This document shows, one piece after another, positions 48,782 through 60,440 of a stretch of 64,000 nucleotides of DNA. The notes under the pieces were generated by a model that had not been told where the DNA came from, ran no database searches, and was given only the letters and a program-made list of their open reading frames with translations. Source of the stretch: Candidatus Uhrbacteria bacterium (lineage in GTDB: Bacteria > Patescibacteriota > Patescibacteriia > UBA9934); assembly GCA_030688135.1 (NCBI GenBank), contig JAUYIW010000067.1, positions 23,982 to 87,981 of the forward strand, read 5' to 3'. The first letter of the stretch is position 1. Each line of letters opens with the position of its first letter. The translations under genes were made by a program, and so were the position numbers.

Positions 48782-49477
48782 TTATTTCTTTTGATGTGCT
48801 ACAGAGCCGGAAGCCGATTCTTTTTTTTCATCTTCTTCTTCAAAGATTTCTCCCTTATAAATCCAAACCTTTATTCCTATAGTACCGTAAATCGTTCTAG
48901 CTGGAATACGAGCGAAATCAACGTCGGCTCGTAGATTGTGAAGAGGGATACTGCCTTCCGAAACCGTTTCGCTTCTTGCAATTTCTGCACCATTCAAACG
49001 GCCAGCAATCGTGATTTTAACTCCCTTTGCTCCGCCTTTCATTACTTTTTCTATCGCCATTTTCATTGAACGTCGAAATGGAAGTCGCTTTTCAATTTCT
49101 TGCGCTATCTGTTGCCCTACAATTCTCGAAGACAACGCTGGCTTAGAAACTTCTTGAATATTGATATTAATATTTGTGCGACGTCCTCTGAAAAACTTAT
49201 CTTTAATCTTTTTCTTTAATTCTTCTGCTCCTGCGCCGGCTCTACCAATAATGAAACCAGGTTTAGCAGATGCAATAGTTACATTTATAGTATCGGCTGT
49301 ACGATCGATATACACAGCGTCAACGCTAGCTTCTTTCAATTGCTTTTTCAGAAAATCACGAAGCTTAACATCTTCCTCAAGATAAGAAACAAAATTCTTG
49401 CGGGGAGCAAACCACTTGGAGTCCCAGCTATATATAGTTGACAGTCGGAAAACTTTTGGATGAATCTTTCGTCCCAT
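48782..49477 (-). CDS. rpsC: 30S ribosomal protein S3
   Basis: MGRKIHP..FRL, GRLNGAEIAR.E, G.IGIKVWI. Confidence 0.97.
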   Translation of the reverse strand: MGRKIHPKVFRLSTIYSWDSKWFAPRKNFVSYLEEDVKLRDFLKKQLKEASVDAVYIDRTADTINVTIASAKPGFIIGRAGAGAEELKKKIKDKFFRGRRTNININIQEVSKPALSSRIVGQQIAQEIEKRLPFRRSMKMAIEKVMKGGAKGVKITIAGRLNGAEIARSETVSEGSIPLHNLRADVDFARIPARTIYGTIGIKVWIYKGEIFEEEDEKKESASGSVAHQKK

Positions 49478-49492
49478 ATATAATATTGAATC

Positions 49493-49936
49493 TTATTTAC
49501 TATCTTTTACGCTTTTTGGCTTAGACGCTACAACCTTGTCTTCTTTTACAACCTTATCACTAGCGCCCTTTGCAACAACAGCCTTCTTTGCTTTTCCTTT
49601 TTCTTCTTTTACGTCTACACCAATCGTAATATGTGACATTCTATAGCGAATCGTAGCCGCTGTTCCACGAGCTCGTGGGGCAAATCTTTTAATAGTTGGC
49701 CCCTCATTAACTGAAGCTAATGATACGAACAGCTTTTCCGTATCGATATCAAAGTTATTCCTTGCATTAGCTATAGCAGAATTAAGAGTCTTAAGCACTG
49801 GCTTTGCAGCTGCCTTCTTGCTAAACATAAGCTGTCTGCGAGCATCCTCAATCGGTAAGCCACGCACAAGATCAACCACAAGGCGAGTCTTGCGTGGTGA
49901 CATATGAATAAATTTTGCAGTAGCTTTAACTTGCAT
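49493..49936 (-). CDS. rplV: 50S ribosomal protein L22 (Lys-rich C-terminal extension)
   Basis: SPRK.RLV.DL.RG, SAIANA, PRARG.A. Confidence 0.96.
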   Translation of the reverse strand: MQVKATAKFIHMSPRKTRLVVDLVRGLPIEDARRQLMFSKKAAAKPVLKTLNSAIANARNNFDIDTEKLFVSLASVNEGPTIKRFAPRARGTAATIRYRMSHITIGVDVKEEKGKAKKAVVAKGASDKVVKEDKVVASKPKSVKDSK

Positions 49937-49948
49937 ATTTTTCTAGCA

Positions 49949-50245
49949 TTACCTCTTTGGAGGTGAAGAAGGAGGAGCGGCATCAATTGTCTTACCCCCA
50001 TGTCTAATAAATCGACGTGTTGGCGAAAACTCTCCAAGTTTATGGCCAACCATACTTTCCTGGACCTTTATCTGAATAAAATCTTTTCCGTTATGCACGC
50101 CAAAAGTCAACCCAACCATCTGTGGAGTTATCGTACTTGAACGTGCCCATGTTTTAACGACAGTTTTGTCGTTAGGCATCAATTTTGATACCTTTTCCAT
50201 GAGCTTTAGATCAACGTATGGTCCTTTTTTAAGACTTCTAGACAT
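49949..50245 (-). CDS. rpsS: 30S ribosomal protein S19
   Basis: [25 protein letters not shown]. Confidence 0.97.
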   Translation of the reverse strand: MSRSLKKGPYVDLKLMEKVSKLMPNDKTVVKTWARSSTITPQMVGLTFGVHNGKDFIQIKVQESMVGHKLGEFSPTRRFIRHGGKTIDAAPPSSPPKR

Positions 50246-50352
50246 AGGTTTCGATTACCAGGCTCCTACTAATGTACCAATTGTCACTGATGTACAGATC
50301 CGTAAATCTATATTAATCAGTATATTAGTAGGAACCTGGTAGTTTTTTTGTG

Positions 50353-51189
50353 TTAACGTTTCTTACTCTTACGTCTTGATATAATGAATTTATTTGTAAC
50401 TTTGTTGCGACGAGTCTTAACTCCCAGCGCCGGCTTTCCTGTTGGGGTCTTAGGACGTTTAAGTCCAATCGGGTTCCTACCTTCACCTCCTCCATGAGGG
50501 TGATCGACTGGGTTCATGGCCTTACCTCGTACAGTTGGTCGAATGCTACGATGACGCGTGCGTCCTGCCTTTCCCCATCGAACAAGTCGCCAATCAGGAT
50601 TTGATACATTACCAATCGTTGCCATGCACGTCTTTGGGACTGTCCTTACCTCGCTTGAAGGCAATTTAAGCGTTGCATAATCGCCTTCTACCGCCATTAG
50701 CGTTGCGCCAGTACCAGCTCCACGAACTAGCTGTCCGCCCTTACCTGGCTGAATTTCAATATTAATGACCTGAATTCCAAGAGGAATCTTCTCAAGAGGA
50801 AAACGATTTCCAACTTGTGGTTCGCTAAACTCTCGTGATGTTATGATCTTTGAACCAACCTTCAAACCTTGTGGCGCAAGGATGTATCGCTTTTCTCCGT
50901 CAGCATATACAACTAATGCAATTCGTGCCCCACGATTTGGATCGTACTCAATAGTACTAACGGTCGCTTCAATATCAAGTTTATCAAACTTCCAATCTAT
51001 GATTCTGATTCCGCGCTTTACTCCACCCCCTCGGTGACGAACCGCTATTTTTCCATTTGCTCGTCCTGCCTGTTGCTTTCTATGCTTCAGAAGTGGCTTA
51101 TACGGACTCTTCGACGTTACGTCATCAAAAGTCTGAACGCTTGATTTGCGCCTTCCGGGTGTAGTTGGTTTGTGGACTCGTATTCCCAT
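50353..51189 (-). CDS. rplB: 50S ribosomal protein L2
   Basis: IEYDPNR, AMNPVDHPHGGGEG. Confidence 0.98.
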   Translation of the reverse strand: MGIRVHKPTTPGRRKSSVQTFDDVTSKSPYKPLLKHRKQQAGRANGKIAVRHRGGGVKRGIRIIDWKFDKLDIEATVSTIEYDPNRGARIALVVYADGEKRYILAPQGLKVGSKIITSREFSEPQVGNRFPLEKIPLGIQVINIEIQPGKGGQLVRGAGTGATLMAVEGDYATLKLPSSEVRTVPKTCMATIGNVSNPDWRLVRWGKAGRTRHRSIRPTVRGKAMNPVDHPHGGGEGRNPIGLKRPKTPTGKPALGVKTRRNKVTNKFIISRRKSKKR

Positions 51190-51306
51190 ATTTATTGATA
51201 TACTAGTACCCTACAGAAGTACTGATTGTGACCGATTTATTTATAATCCGACTTCAGATCTGTGAATCAGTACCAATCAGTACGTCAGTAGGTTCCCTGT
51301 TTCTCT

Positions 51307-51759
51307 TTATACTCCATCAAATACATCTATCGTTGTTCCATTTGGTAGCTTTATAAGCGCTTTTTTTACATCACTTCGCTTACCGCTCACTCTACCAAAA
51401 TTCAATCGCTTGCCTCGTACGTTAATTATATTAACGCTCTCTGGAATAACGTGATACATTTCTTTAAATGCCTGTTTCACGGCAACGCGATTTGTATTTG
51501 GATGGACTCGGAAAACCATCACTCCCTTATCAGACAACTGAGCAGTCTTTTCTGAAACTATTGGTTCCAAGATTGTATTCAGTGACCTTGCGCTCGCTGA
51601 AATTACCATCTTCTTTTCTTTGGTTTCAACCTTCTTTGCTACAGGCTTCTTTACAGCATCCTTCTCATCCTTAACTTCCGCAACATCAACAAGCTGCTTT
51701 GTTACGCCAGTAGATTCAGTCTGTTCATTCTTCTTTTTGAATTTATCGAAAAAATTCAT
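51307..51759 (-). CDS. rplW: 50S ribosomal protein L23 with ~55-aa charged N-terminal extension
   Basis: P.VSEK, F.V.P..N...VK.A, KKA.IKL; between rplD and rplB. Confidence 0.92.
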   Translation of the reverse strand: MNFFDKFKKKNEQTESTGVTKQLVDVAEVKDEKDAVKKPVAKKVETKEKKMVISASARSLNTILEPIVSEKTAQLSDKGVMVFRVHPNTNRVAVKQAFKEMYHVIPESVNIINVRGKRLNFGRVSGKRSDVKKALIKLPNGTTIDVFDGV

Positions 51760-51763
51760 AAAT

Positions 51764-52396
51764 TTATCTTGCGTAATTCTTTATGATCTGTTCAATTGCA
51801 GCCTTTGAAGCTAACACATACGGATATTTTGCAATATCGCGAACGTTCAAACTTCCAGCGCTAATTGTTTCAGTATCCTTAACATTGCGAGCTGCACGCA
51901 CAAAAGCCTTCTCATCTGCAGTTGTAACTATAAGTGCCTTTTTTCCAGCGCCCGGAAGACTATTTCGCATTTGCGCAACTGTCTTGGTCTTCATATCTTC
52001 CGCGCTGATATCTTCTATAGCAACTAGTAAATCTGAAGCTACTTTATCGGACAAAATCATTGCTAATGCACCCTTTCTTGCCTTCTTGTTTATTTTCTTT
52101 CCAAAAACTCTTAAAATAGTTGGACCAAATGTTACTCCACCACCAATCCAAATAGGCGATCGACTTGAGCCGTGACGTGCCCTACCTGTTCCTTTTTGCT
52201 TCCATGGCTTGCGTCCGCCACCTCGTACCTCACTCCTATCTTTCGTGTTGGCGATACGAATTCGTCCGTTTTCAACCTGAGCGATAATAGCCTCATGAAC
52301 AAGTGAAGATTTTACTTTCACGCCAAACAACCCTTCCGGCAAATCCATTGTGCCAGACTTTGAGCCATCTATTTTATATACATTTACTTGTGCCAT
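51764..52396 (-). CDS. rplD: 50S ribosomal protein L4
   Basis: EVRGGGRKPWKQKGTGRARHGS.RSP. Confidence 0.97.
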   Translation of the reverse strand: MAQVNVYKIDGSKSGTMDLPEGLFGVKVKSSLVHEAIIAQVENGRIRIANTKDRSEVRGGGRKPWKQKGTGRARHGSSRSPIWIGGGVTFGPTILRVFGKKINKKARKGALAMILSDKVASDLLVAIEDISAEDMKTKTVAQMRNSLPGAGKKALIVTTADEKAFVRAARNVKDTETISAGSLNVRDIAKYPYVLASKAAIEQIIKNYAR

Positions 52397-53007
52397 ATAT
52401 CTCCCATTGAAGTTGTTATCACTACAAAGCTTCCTCGACTTCCGGGAACCGCTCCCTTAATCGCTATAATATTATTAGCTTTGTCGACATTAACTATTTC
52501 TAGATTTTTTACGGTAACTTGGTCTCCACCCATTCTGCCACCCATTCTAGTTCCTTTAAACACTCTCTGAGGACCGCCAGCACCAATGGATCCTGGCATT
52601 CTAAGCTGATCTTTGTGTCCATGAGAAGCAGGTCCTCCGTGGAATCCATGACGCTTTACAACTCCCTGAAACCCTTTACCTTTTGAAATTCCACTCACGT
52701 TAACAGACTCACCAGCCTCAAAGGTGTCCGCGCAGATCTTCTGACCTTTTTCAAAAGTTTCACCTTCAGAAAGTTCAAATTCACGAACATATGCAAAATT
52801 TCCAAGATCTTTCCAGTCTTTCTTTTGAGGTTTATTTACTGACTTTGATGTACCGTAACCAAGAACAGCGGCCTGCCTTCCTGCAGGATTAGTTCTCACC
52901 GTTGTAACAGTACATGGACCAGCCTCTATTAGAGTAACCGGAACAACGCCTCCGTCTTCACGGAAAAATTGAGTCATTTCTAATTTTCTTCCAAGAATAG
53001 CTTTCAT
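52384..53007 (-). CDS. rplC: 50S ribosomal protein L3
   Basis: SKGKGFQGVVKRHGF.GGPASHG. Confidence 0.97.
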   Translation of the reverse strand: MKAILGRKLEMTQFFREDGGVVPVTLIEAGPCTVTTVRTNPAGRQAAVLGYGTSKSVNKPQKKDWKDLGNFAYVREFELSEGETFEKGQKICADTFEAGESVNVSGISKGKGFQGVVKRHGFHGGPASHGHKDQLRMPGSIGAGGPQRVFKGTRMGGRMGGDQVTVKNLEIVNVDKANNIIAIKGAVPGSRGSFVVITTSMGDIWHK

Positions 53008-53436
53008 ATTTCTTCTAGCTGGCTAATGAAAAACCAGAAGTCGTTAAACATCATTCAGATATTCAACAGCTTCTAGTCTAAGTAAAACAACATTTGTACT
53101 TAGATTTTTTTTGATTTCGAATGATTCCTTTCTTAATTCCTCTTGAATCGTCGGGGAGGGTATCCTTCGTGTGCTTAACGATAACTTTAAACTATAACTA
53201 TAACTTTGGATGTGAGAAATTTCGATATTCTTGAATTCCTTAGTTATGGTGATTGTAAATGTTACGTCCTCCGTAATGCACGGACCTAACTCCTCGGTTC
53301 AAATGGGAATGTTTGAGTCACAAGCTGGAAATTGCTAGCCGGAAATTACTTTCGACCTTCTCCGGCCGTGAGAACTGAGCCGTATTCGGCACAGCATCTT
53401 ACAGCCGGAAACTCTCAACTTGTAACTCGTTATTAT

Positions 53437-53784
53437 TTACATCTTAATTTCGATGTCGACGCCTGCTGGCAGATTGAGTGTCATCAATGAATCAACAGTG
53501 CCTTCTGATGGGCTAAGAATGTCAATGAGACGCTTATGAATCCTCATTTCATACTGGTCTCGAGACGTCTTATGAACAAAAGTTGAACGGTTCACAGTAA
53601 AACGACGCTTTTCGCTAGGAAGTGGTATTGGCCCTAAAACCGTTGCACCACTTCGCTTTGCTGTCTTGATGATGGTATCAGCAGCAGAGTCGATTATTTT
53701 GTGATCGTACGCGCGAATTTTAATTCTAATTCGCTGCTTCGCTTCCTCCTTAGCATTTTCAGTTGTTGTGTTGGCGTCTGCCAT
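53437..53784 (-). CDS. rpsJ: 30S ribosomal protein S10
   Basis: [26 protein letters not shown]. Confidence 0.97.
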   Translation of the reverse strand: MADANTTTENAKEEAKQRIRIKIRAYDHKIIDSAADTIIKTAKRSGATVLGPIPLPSEKRRFTVNRSTFVHKTSRDQYEMRIHKRLIDILSPSEGTVDSLMTLNLPAGVDIEIKM

Positions 53785-53849
53785 AGAAATGTACGAAAAA
53801 GTTCAGAACGCAAGCGAGGAAGGGGCCAAGCCCCTTCCTCGATGCATTT

Positions 53850-55034
53850 TTATTCAATAATCTTTGTAACAACACCAGCTCCAACGGTTCGTCCACCTTC
53901 ACGAATAGCAAATCTCATCTCTTCTTCGATTGCAATTGGCTGGATGAGTCCTACTTCAACGTTTACAGTGTCGCCAGGCATAACCATTTCAACTCCTTCA
54001 GGAAGTGAAATAATATCACCTGTAACGTCAGTTGTTCGAATGTAAAACTGAGGCTTATAACCCTTGAAGAATGGCTTATGACGTCCACCTTCTTCCTTTG
54101 TTAGGGCATAAATCTTTGCTTCAAACTTGGTGTGAGGCTTAACAGTTCCAGGAGTAGCAAGCACCATTCCGCGCAATACGTCATCTTTCTTGATGCCGCG
54201 GAGGAGAATACCTGCATTGTCGCCTGCCATACCTTTGTCTAGCAACTTGTTAAACATTTCGATTCCAGTAACAACTGTCTTTGCAGTGTCGCGAATACCA
54301 ACTATTTCAACATCATCGTTCAAGTTGATTATACCGCGCTCAATACGACCAGTAACAACAGTTCCACGGCCTTCAATTGAGAAAACGTCCTCAATAGGCA
54401 TTAGGAATGACTTTTCTGTGTCACGTACTGGCTGTGGAATGTATTCATCAAGAGCCTTCAATAAATCCTTAATTGGCTTTATCGCCTCTTCATCAGTTGG
54501 ATTCTCTGCTGCCTTAAGAGCAGAACCACGAATAATTGGAGTTTCATCTCCTGGGTACTCGTACTGCTTCAAAAGATCTCGGATTTCCTCTTCAACAAGG
54601 TCAATAAGCTCAGGATCGTCAACCATGTCAACCTTATTTAGGAAAACAACGATTGTAGGCACACCAACCTGACGAGCAAGAAGAATGTGCTCACGAGTCT
54701 GAGGCATTGGACCATCAGCTGCTGAAACCACTAAGATCGCACCGTCCATCTGGGCGGCACCAGTGATCATATTCTTAACATAGTCAGCGTGACCCGGACA
54801 ATCTACATGGGCGTAGTGACGAGTTGCTGATTCGTATTCAACGTGAGACGTTGAGATTGTAATACCGCGCTCTCTTTCCTCAGGAGCGTTATCGATTTGG
54901 TCAAACGCTTTTTTCTGTGAGTCTGGAGAAAAAAGGCCGGAAAGTGCTGCAGTAAGCGTGGTCTTACCATGGTCAACGTGACCAATAGTTCCTACGTTTA
55001 CGTGCGGCTTTGATCGATCAAACTGTTCTGCCAT
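53850..55034 (-). CDS. tuf: elongation factor Tu
   Basis: [37 protein letters not shown]. Confidence 0.99.
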   Translation of the reverse strand: MAEQFDRSKPHVNVGTIGHVDHGKTTLTAALSGLFSPDSQKKAFDQIDNAPEERERGITISTSHVEYESATRHYAHVDCPGHADYVKNMITGAAQMDGAILVVSAADGPMPQTREHILLARQVGVPTIVVFLNKVDMVDDPELIDLVEEEIRDLLKQYEYPGDETPIIRGSALKAAENPTDEEAIKPIKDLLKALDEYIPQPVRDTEKSFLMPIEDVFSIEGRGTVVTGRIERGIINLNDDVEIVGIRDTAKTVVTGIEMFNKLLDKGMAGDNAGILLRGIKKDDVLRGMVLATPGTVKPHTKFEAKIYALTKEEGGRHKPFFKGYKPQFYIRTTDVTGDIISLPEGVEMVMPGDTVNVEVGLIQPIAIEEEMRFAIREGGRTVGAGVVTKIIE

Positions 55035-55306
55035 ATAATTAATGACTTATTGTTTGCGGTTCAAGACAAATTTGCCTTAAAACCTAATAAAATTATGATT
55101 TACGTAAGTGACGAGAGTATAGCAAAAGCCTGAAAATATTGCAAGTCCCATGCGGTGAATTAGTCCTCAGCCTATCATCATAACTATATTAAACATGTTC
55201 TTTGCTAAGCTTAGCTAATTTGTTAATTCTGAAGCCTATCTATAAACAACTAGATTTTCGGAAGTAAGGAAAAGGTTTTTTGAAATAGATTTTGCATTTT
55301 CACGAT

Positions 55307-55702
55307 CTACTCAATCGGCTCAAGATAGAACCGCTCCTCTCCAGGCTCAAAATCACTATCCTTAGGTTCAATTCCCTCTTCAACTGCCTTTTCAGCTTCA
55401 AACTCTTCCATTGCTGTGGTAGTCATTGCATTCAGCTCATCAATTGATTGAATTGGATCGTCGTCCTCTTCATCAAAACCTCCCTCCCATTCCATCGCTG
55501 GCATCGCGCTACCATTAAACGGTATTTCCTCTATTTCATCATAGTCATTGCCAGTCCATTCAAAATCTTCTTCAGCGCCCAAAAGGCATTCATACTGATC
55601 GACAGGCATTATTACAACCGGCTCGCCTTCACCAGCAACTATAAGTGTATCGCCTGTGCGTTGTGCTAAACGAATTAAACGCTGTAGTTGATTATTCTCC
55701 AT
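55307..55702 (-). CDS. acidic hypothetical protein
   Basis: re-called start MENNQLQRL; compact N-terminal domain, D/E-rich tail ending EERFYLEPIE. Confidence 0.7.
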   Translation of the reverse strand: MENNQLQRLIRLAQRTGDTLIVAGEGEPVVIMPVDQYECLLGAEEDFEWTGNDYDEIEEIPFNGSAMPAMEWEGGFDEEDDDPIQSIDELNAMTTTAMEEFEAEKAVEEGIEPKDSDFEPGEERFYLEPIE

Positions 55703-56283
55703 AGTTTTAGACAAACATTGATTATGTCGCCATCTTAACGCATCTGTAGAAGGAGTCAAGAGGTGGTAGATTGGCAATGGTAAATTAGCTTTTGGCCACT
55801 TGCCATTAGCTCGTGCAACCCATCCATATATCTGTACTGCAACCTGCCCTGAGCGAAACGATCCTGAGCCTGTTGAAGGAGAGTGAAGTCGAAGGGTATA
55901 TCCGTAACGAAATAAAAAAACTCCAGACTTTGTCAATCTCATGGGGGCGACCTTTAGGTCTCCCGCAAGCGGACGGCATACTGCCACAGGTGACTCGGGC
56001 AGTCCGCCTTCAATGAACAGTGGCGGAAATATCGTCCATACACTTAACTACCATTCACATGTCCTAGAGACGTGAAATCTCTTTAGGACCTTTCGTGCGA
56101 AGGGTCCTAAGATTGGTAGACGCCTTACTTTTGAGGATGAATGAGAGCAGTAACAAAAAGGCGAGCCTTTCGACCCGCCTTTAAATCTCTATTTAACCCC
56201 CTAACTTCCCTCAAACTCTCTCACATTGCTCGCGTTGGTCGATCTGTAGTTCCGTATAGTCTGTAGGTCTGTAACGATGTACC

Positions 56284-58368
56284 TTACGCTCCACGCTTCT
56301 CAATGATCTCTTTGGCAACGTTCCCTGGAACTTCCTGATACTCGTGGAATTCCATTGAGTAACTAGCGCGACCCTGAGTCATGGAACGAAGCGCTGTAGC
56401 GTAACCAAACATTTCAGCAAGTGGAACAATCGCGGCTACTGTCTTCACGTTTCCGCGCTCTCCCATTTCCTGAATTTGCGCACGCTTTGAATTCAAATCT
56501 CCAACAACTGTACCCAAGAACTCTTCAGGAGTAACAGCTTCAACTTTCATCATAGGCTCCAATAGTACTGGTCTTGCCTTCCTCGCCGCTTCCTTAAAAG
56601 CCATCGATCCAGCCATCTTAAACGCTGATTCATTCGAGTCCACTTCATGGTACGAGCCATCAAAAACTGTTGCTCTAATGTTGATTAGCGGATAACCAGC
56701 TATAACACCGCGGTCGAGCGATTCTTTTACACCCTTTCCAATGGCCGGAATGTATTCCTTTGGAATAGATCCACCTTTAATTTGATCGATAAACTCAAAG
56801 TTTGGACCATCCGGTTCTGTGATTGGTTCAACGCGCAACCAACAGTGACCATATTGTCCGCGTCCACCAGACTGCTTAACATACTTTCCTTCTCCCTCTG
56901 CAGTTTCACGAATAGTTTCGCGGTAGCTTACTTGAGGACGACCAACAGTGGCATCAACATTAAACTCGCGCTTCATGCGGTCAATAATAATTTCCAAATG
57001 AAGCTCACCCATTCCAGAAATAATTGTCTGTAATGTGTCTTCGTCGGTTCGAATTCGGAAAGTTGGGTCTTCTTCTGCAAGCTTTTGAAGCGCCATACCG
57101 AGTCTTTCCTGGTCAGCCTTTGTTTTTGGTTCAATTGCCTGTGAAATAACCGGCTCTGGGAAAGTAATTGATTCAAGAACTATTGGATCTGTTGGATCGC
57201 AAAGCGTATTTCCAGTTGTAGTATGTTTTAGCCCAACAGCTGCAGCAATTTCTCCAGCATAAACCTCGTTTACATCCTCTCGAGTATTTGCATGCATTCT
57301 AACAATTCGTGAAATTCTTTCTTTCTCGCCAGTAGATGTATTCAATACATAACTTCCGGCCTGGAGCGTTCCAGAATAAACTCTAAAGAAAGCAAGCTTT
57401 CCAACAAATGGATCAGTTGCAATTTTAAATGCAAGCGCTGAAAATGGAACTTCATCCTTTGCTTCGCGAATAATTTTTGTATCTTTATCTGCTGGATCAA
57501 AACCTTCAACTGGAGGCACGTCGAGCGGCGAAGGTAAATAGTCAACCATTGCGTCGAGTAAAAGCTGAACTCCCTTGTTCTTTAAAGCAGAACCAATAAG
57601 TACTGGAAAAATATCAAGTGAAATAGTGGCTTTGCGCAATATTCTCTTTAAATCATCAAATGCAATTTCAGCTCCAGCCAAATACTGTTCCATTGCACCT
57701 TCATCGTTCTCTACAATAGCCTCGATTAACTGCCCTCTCCATTTCTTTGCAGTAGCTGCGTATTCTTCTGGGATATCAATTTCTTCAACATCTTTACCAA
57801 GATCATCTCTGTACATAAATGCCTTCATGCGCAAAAGATCGATAATACCGATGAAGTTATCTTCGGTACCAATTGGAATCTGAATAGGATGTGCATTTTT
57901 TGTAAGTCTTGCGTGAATCGAATCTAAATCTTTGTAAAAATCTGCTCCAGTACGATCAAGCTTATTAATAAAGCAAATTCGTGGAACATGATATTTATCA
58001 GCCTGATGCCAAACAGTTTCAGACTGTGGCTCTACGCCAGCGACACCATCAAAAACAGTAACACCGCCATCAAGCACTCGAAGAGATCGCTCTACTTCAA
58101 CAGTAAAGTCAACGTGCCCTGGGGTGTCAATAATATTTATTCTGTGGTCCTTCCAAAAACAGGTTGTAGCAGCAGATGTGATTGTGATTCCACGTTCACG
58201 TTCCTGTTCCATCCAGTCCATCTCAGCTTCACCTTCATGAACTTCACCAATTTTGTGTTTCTTGCCAGTATAGAACAAGATACGCTCGGTGGTAGTTGTT
58301 TTACCAGCGTCAATATGAGCAATAATTCCTGTGTTGCGAATATTACTTAATGGAAAGTCACGGGGCAT
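56284..58368 (-). CDS. fusA: elongation factor G
   Basis: [28 protein letters not shown]. Confidence 0.99.
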   Translation of the reverse strand: MPRDFPLSNIRNTGIIAHIDAGKTTTTERILFYTGKKHKIGEVHEGEAEMDWMEQERERGITITSAATTCFWKDHRINIIDTPGHVDFTVEVERSLRVLDGGVTVFDGVAGVEPQSETVWHQADKYHVPRICFINKLDRTGADFYKDLDSIHARLTKNAHPIQIPIGTEDNFIGIIDLLRMKAFMYRDDLGKDVEEIDIPEEYAATAKKWRGQLIEAIVENDEGAMEQYLAGAEIAFDDLKRILRKATISLDIFPVLIGSALKNKGVQLLLDAMVDYLPSPLDVPPVEGFDPADKDTKIIREAKDEVPFSALAFKIATDPFVGKLAFFRVYSGTLQAGSYVLNTSTGEKERISRIVRMHANTREDVNEVYAGEIAAAVGLKHTTTGNTLCDPTDPIVLESITFPEPVISQAIEPKTKADQERLGMALQKLAEEDPTFRIRTDEDTLQTIISGMGELHLEIIIDRMKREFNVDATVGRPQVSYRETIRETAEGEGKYVKQSGGRGQYGHCWLRVEPITEPDGPNFEFIDQIKGGSIPKEYIPAIGKGVKESLDRGVIAGYPLINIRATVFDGSYHEVDSNESAFKMAGSMAFKEAARKARPVLLEPMMKVEAVTPEEFLGTVVGDLNSKRAQIQEMGERGNVKTVAAIVPLAEMFGYATALRSMTQGRASYSMEFHEYQEVPGNVAKEIIEKRGA

Positions 58369-58567
58369 ACGGGGGAAAAATTTATTATCGAGTAGCCTTA
58401 GTTTATTAACGGTTTGCGAAATTTATTACCAGTATGCTAACGTTTATTAGCTGGCGACTTGTGTTTATTGCCTCGATCGGTACATCTGTATATCTGCACA
58501 CGATCCGTACATCTTCGATCCCTTGCTATCAAAATGAGTAAATGCGATACCTGCCGCACGAAGCTCA

Positions 58568-59038
58568 TTATCGTTTTGCGAAATGAGCGAAGGCGCGGTT
58601 GGCCTCTGCCATTCTCTGGACATCTAGCTTCTTCTTAATTGCGTCTCCTTCATTGTTAAATGCAGCAATGATTTCCACAGCTAGCTTTTGAGCCATTGGC
58701 TTACCCTTTTTTGATCTTGCTATTGTAATCATCCATTTGAGCGCAAGCGAATATCTACGTTCACCTCTTACAGGGATAGGGATTTGATAGTTTGCACCAC
58801 CAACTCTTCGAGATTTAACCTCCATGCTTGGTGTTACGTTCTTAATTGCAGTTTCAAATACATCAACAGGATCTTGCTTGGTCTCAGCTGAAATTATATC
58901 GAATGCGTCATAAACAACGCGCTCTGCGGTAGATTTCTTGCCATCGTACATTAAATAGTTAGTAAGTTTCGCAAGCAAAACGTTACCGTATTTTACGTCA
59001 GGCTCTATTATTCTTTTCTGTGCTTGTTTTCCGCGCAT
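58568..59038 (-). CDS. rpsG: 30S ribosomal protein S7
   Basis: [31 protein letters not shown]. Confidence 0.98.
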   Translation of the reverse strand: MRGKQAQKRIIEPDVKYGNVLLAKLTNYLMYDGKKSTAERVVYDAFDIISAETKQDPVDVFETAIKNVTPSMEVKSRRVGGANYQIPIPVRGERRYSLALKWMITIARSKKGKPMAQKLAVEIIAAFNNEGDAIKKKLDVQRMAEANRAFAHFAKR

Positions 59039-59133
59039 ATTTATTTAGCAATGTTTGCTTCATTAGACTCTTAGCTTCATTGGCTTCAACTGCGGTTCCC
59101 CGGCAAGCTATAAGCTAAAAGCTATCAGCTAGT

Positions 59134-59553
59134 TTATTTCTTTGGTTTCTTAGTTCCGTATTTGCTTCGACTCTGATTCCTGCCATCAATTCCAGTAGTG
59201 TCATATCGACCACGTACAATGTGGTAACGCACACCAGGAAGGTCTTTAACTCGTCCTCCACGAATCATAACGATTGAGTGCTCTTGGAGATTATGCCCTT
59301 CTCCTGGAATATAAGCGTTAACTTCTGTTCCATTTGATAGTCTTACACGAGCATACTTACGAAGCGCAGAGTTAGGCTTCTTTGGAGTCATGGTTGTAAC
59401 CTTCACACAAACTCCACGCTTAAATGGAGCTCCTTTTCGGAGGGTTGTTCGCTTACGGTGCAGTGTGTCGAGTGTGTACTGCATTGCCGGTGATTTTGAC
59501 TTCTTCGTCGAAGTCTTTCGACCCTTTCTTACAAGTTGGTTTATTGTTGGCAT
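59134..59553 (-). CDS. rpsL: 30S ribosomal protein S12
   Basis: [31 protein letters not shown]. Confidence 0.98.
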   Translation of the reverse strand: MPTINQLVRKGRKTSTKKSKSPAMQYTLDTLHRKRTTLRKGAPFKRGVCVKVTTMTPKKPNSALRKYARVRLSNGTEVNAYIPGEGHNLQEHSIVMIRGGRVKDLPGVRYHIVRGRYDTTGIDGRNQSRSKYGTKKPKK

Positions 59554-59611
59554 AGCTGTATCTGAATTCTGATATTTGAATATCCGAGTTTAAATAAAAA
59601 TAGATGGCCGA

Positions 59612-59640
59612 AATGTACCATAGCCACTAAATTTCGTCAA
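59612..59640 (-). promoter_or_regulatory. putative str operon promoter
   Basis: TTGACG-17-TACATT with TGg extension. Confidence 0.55.
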
Positions 59641-59724
59641 TATTTGGTTACTCACACAACTAAATCGGCAACACGGCTCCAATTTAGCAAAAAAGCCTTA
59701 AATTACAGGGGCTGGTAGCTTTGT

Positions 59725-60405
59725 TCATCCAAATATCAAACTGAATAGCAACAGGCAGTTCTCCCCTACTAATAAGTCACAAAGCATGTACGCTGGCCAG
59801 CTTACAAAAAAGAACACGTTAAAAGCCGGCGATATAATCGATATTAGTACCAAAACGATTAAAACCTGAGGTCCGTACGTCGCAATTGCGTTCCTGAACT
59901 TTTGATGCTTTGGTTTTACTAAAAGTGCATCAACTAGCTTTGAACCATCAAGCGGATGAACTGGAATAATATTAAAGAAAAGCAGGAACAAGTTAATAAT
60001 AACAAGAAGCACTAGAAATACCGGGAGTAGCGTGGACGACGTAAGTAGATCGGTCATGGAAAGAATTCGGAGTGCAATTGCAGCAAGCGATGCCAAAATC
60101 AAATTCGCCAAAGGCCCGGCAAGCGCAATATAAACTGCATCAACTTTTGGATTCTTTAGATTGTATGGATTGAACGGAACCGGCTTTGCCCAACCAAACC
60201 CTAAAAGTATAAGCGGAATGAGTCCCATTGGATCAATGTGAGCGATTGGGTTCAATGTGAGCCGACCAGCGTTTGCTGCAGTTGGGTCACCCTTTAAGTG
60301 CCCCGCAAGCGCATGCGCAAATTCATGCACTGTGATCGACATAAAAATAACCACAATCCAAACAATCGCGATTGCCGGTGAGTTGTATAGTAGAGTTAAG
60401 AACAT
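59725..60405 (-). CDS. site-2 protease (peptidase M50)
   Basis: HEFAH, GRLTLNP..H.DP.G, AGP.AN, FNIIP..PLDG. Confidence 0.93.
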   Translation of the reverse strand: MFLTLLYNSPAIAIVWIVVIFMSITVHEFAHALAGHLKGDPTAANAGRLTLNPIAHIDPMGLIPLILLGFGWAKPVPFNPYNLKNPKVDAVYIALAGPLANLILASLAAIALRILSMTDLLTSSTLLPVFLVLLVIINLFLLFFNIIPVHPLDGSKLVDALLVKPKHQKFRNAIATYGPQVLIVLVLISIISPAFNVFFFVSWPAYMLCDLLVGENCLLLFSLIFG

Positions 60406-60440
60406 ATTGCCAATATAATATATCAATTTAAGCTTTTTGA

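Noticed and set aside
55703-55987. 95-aa N-terminal extension of the 55307 ORF
   Set aside because: Runs through REP and terminator sequence; ATG at 55702 is more plausible
56015-56028. CCGCCACTGT (minus strand) resembling a cobalamin riboswitch motif
   Set aside because: The rest of the riboswitch core is not recognisable and the downstream gene is unrelated to B12
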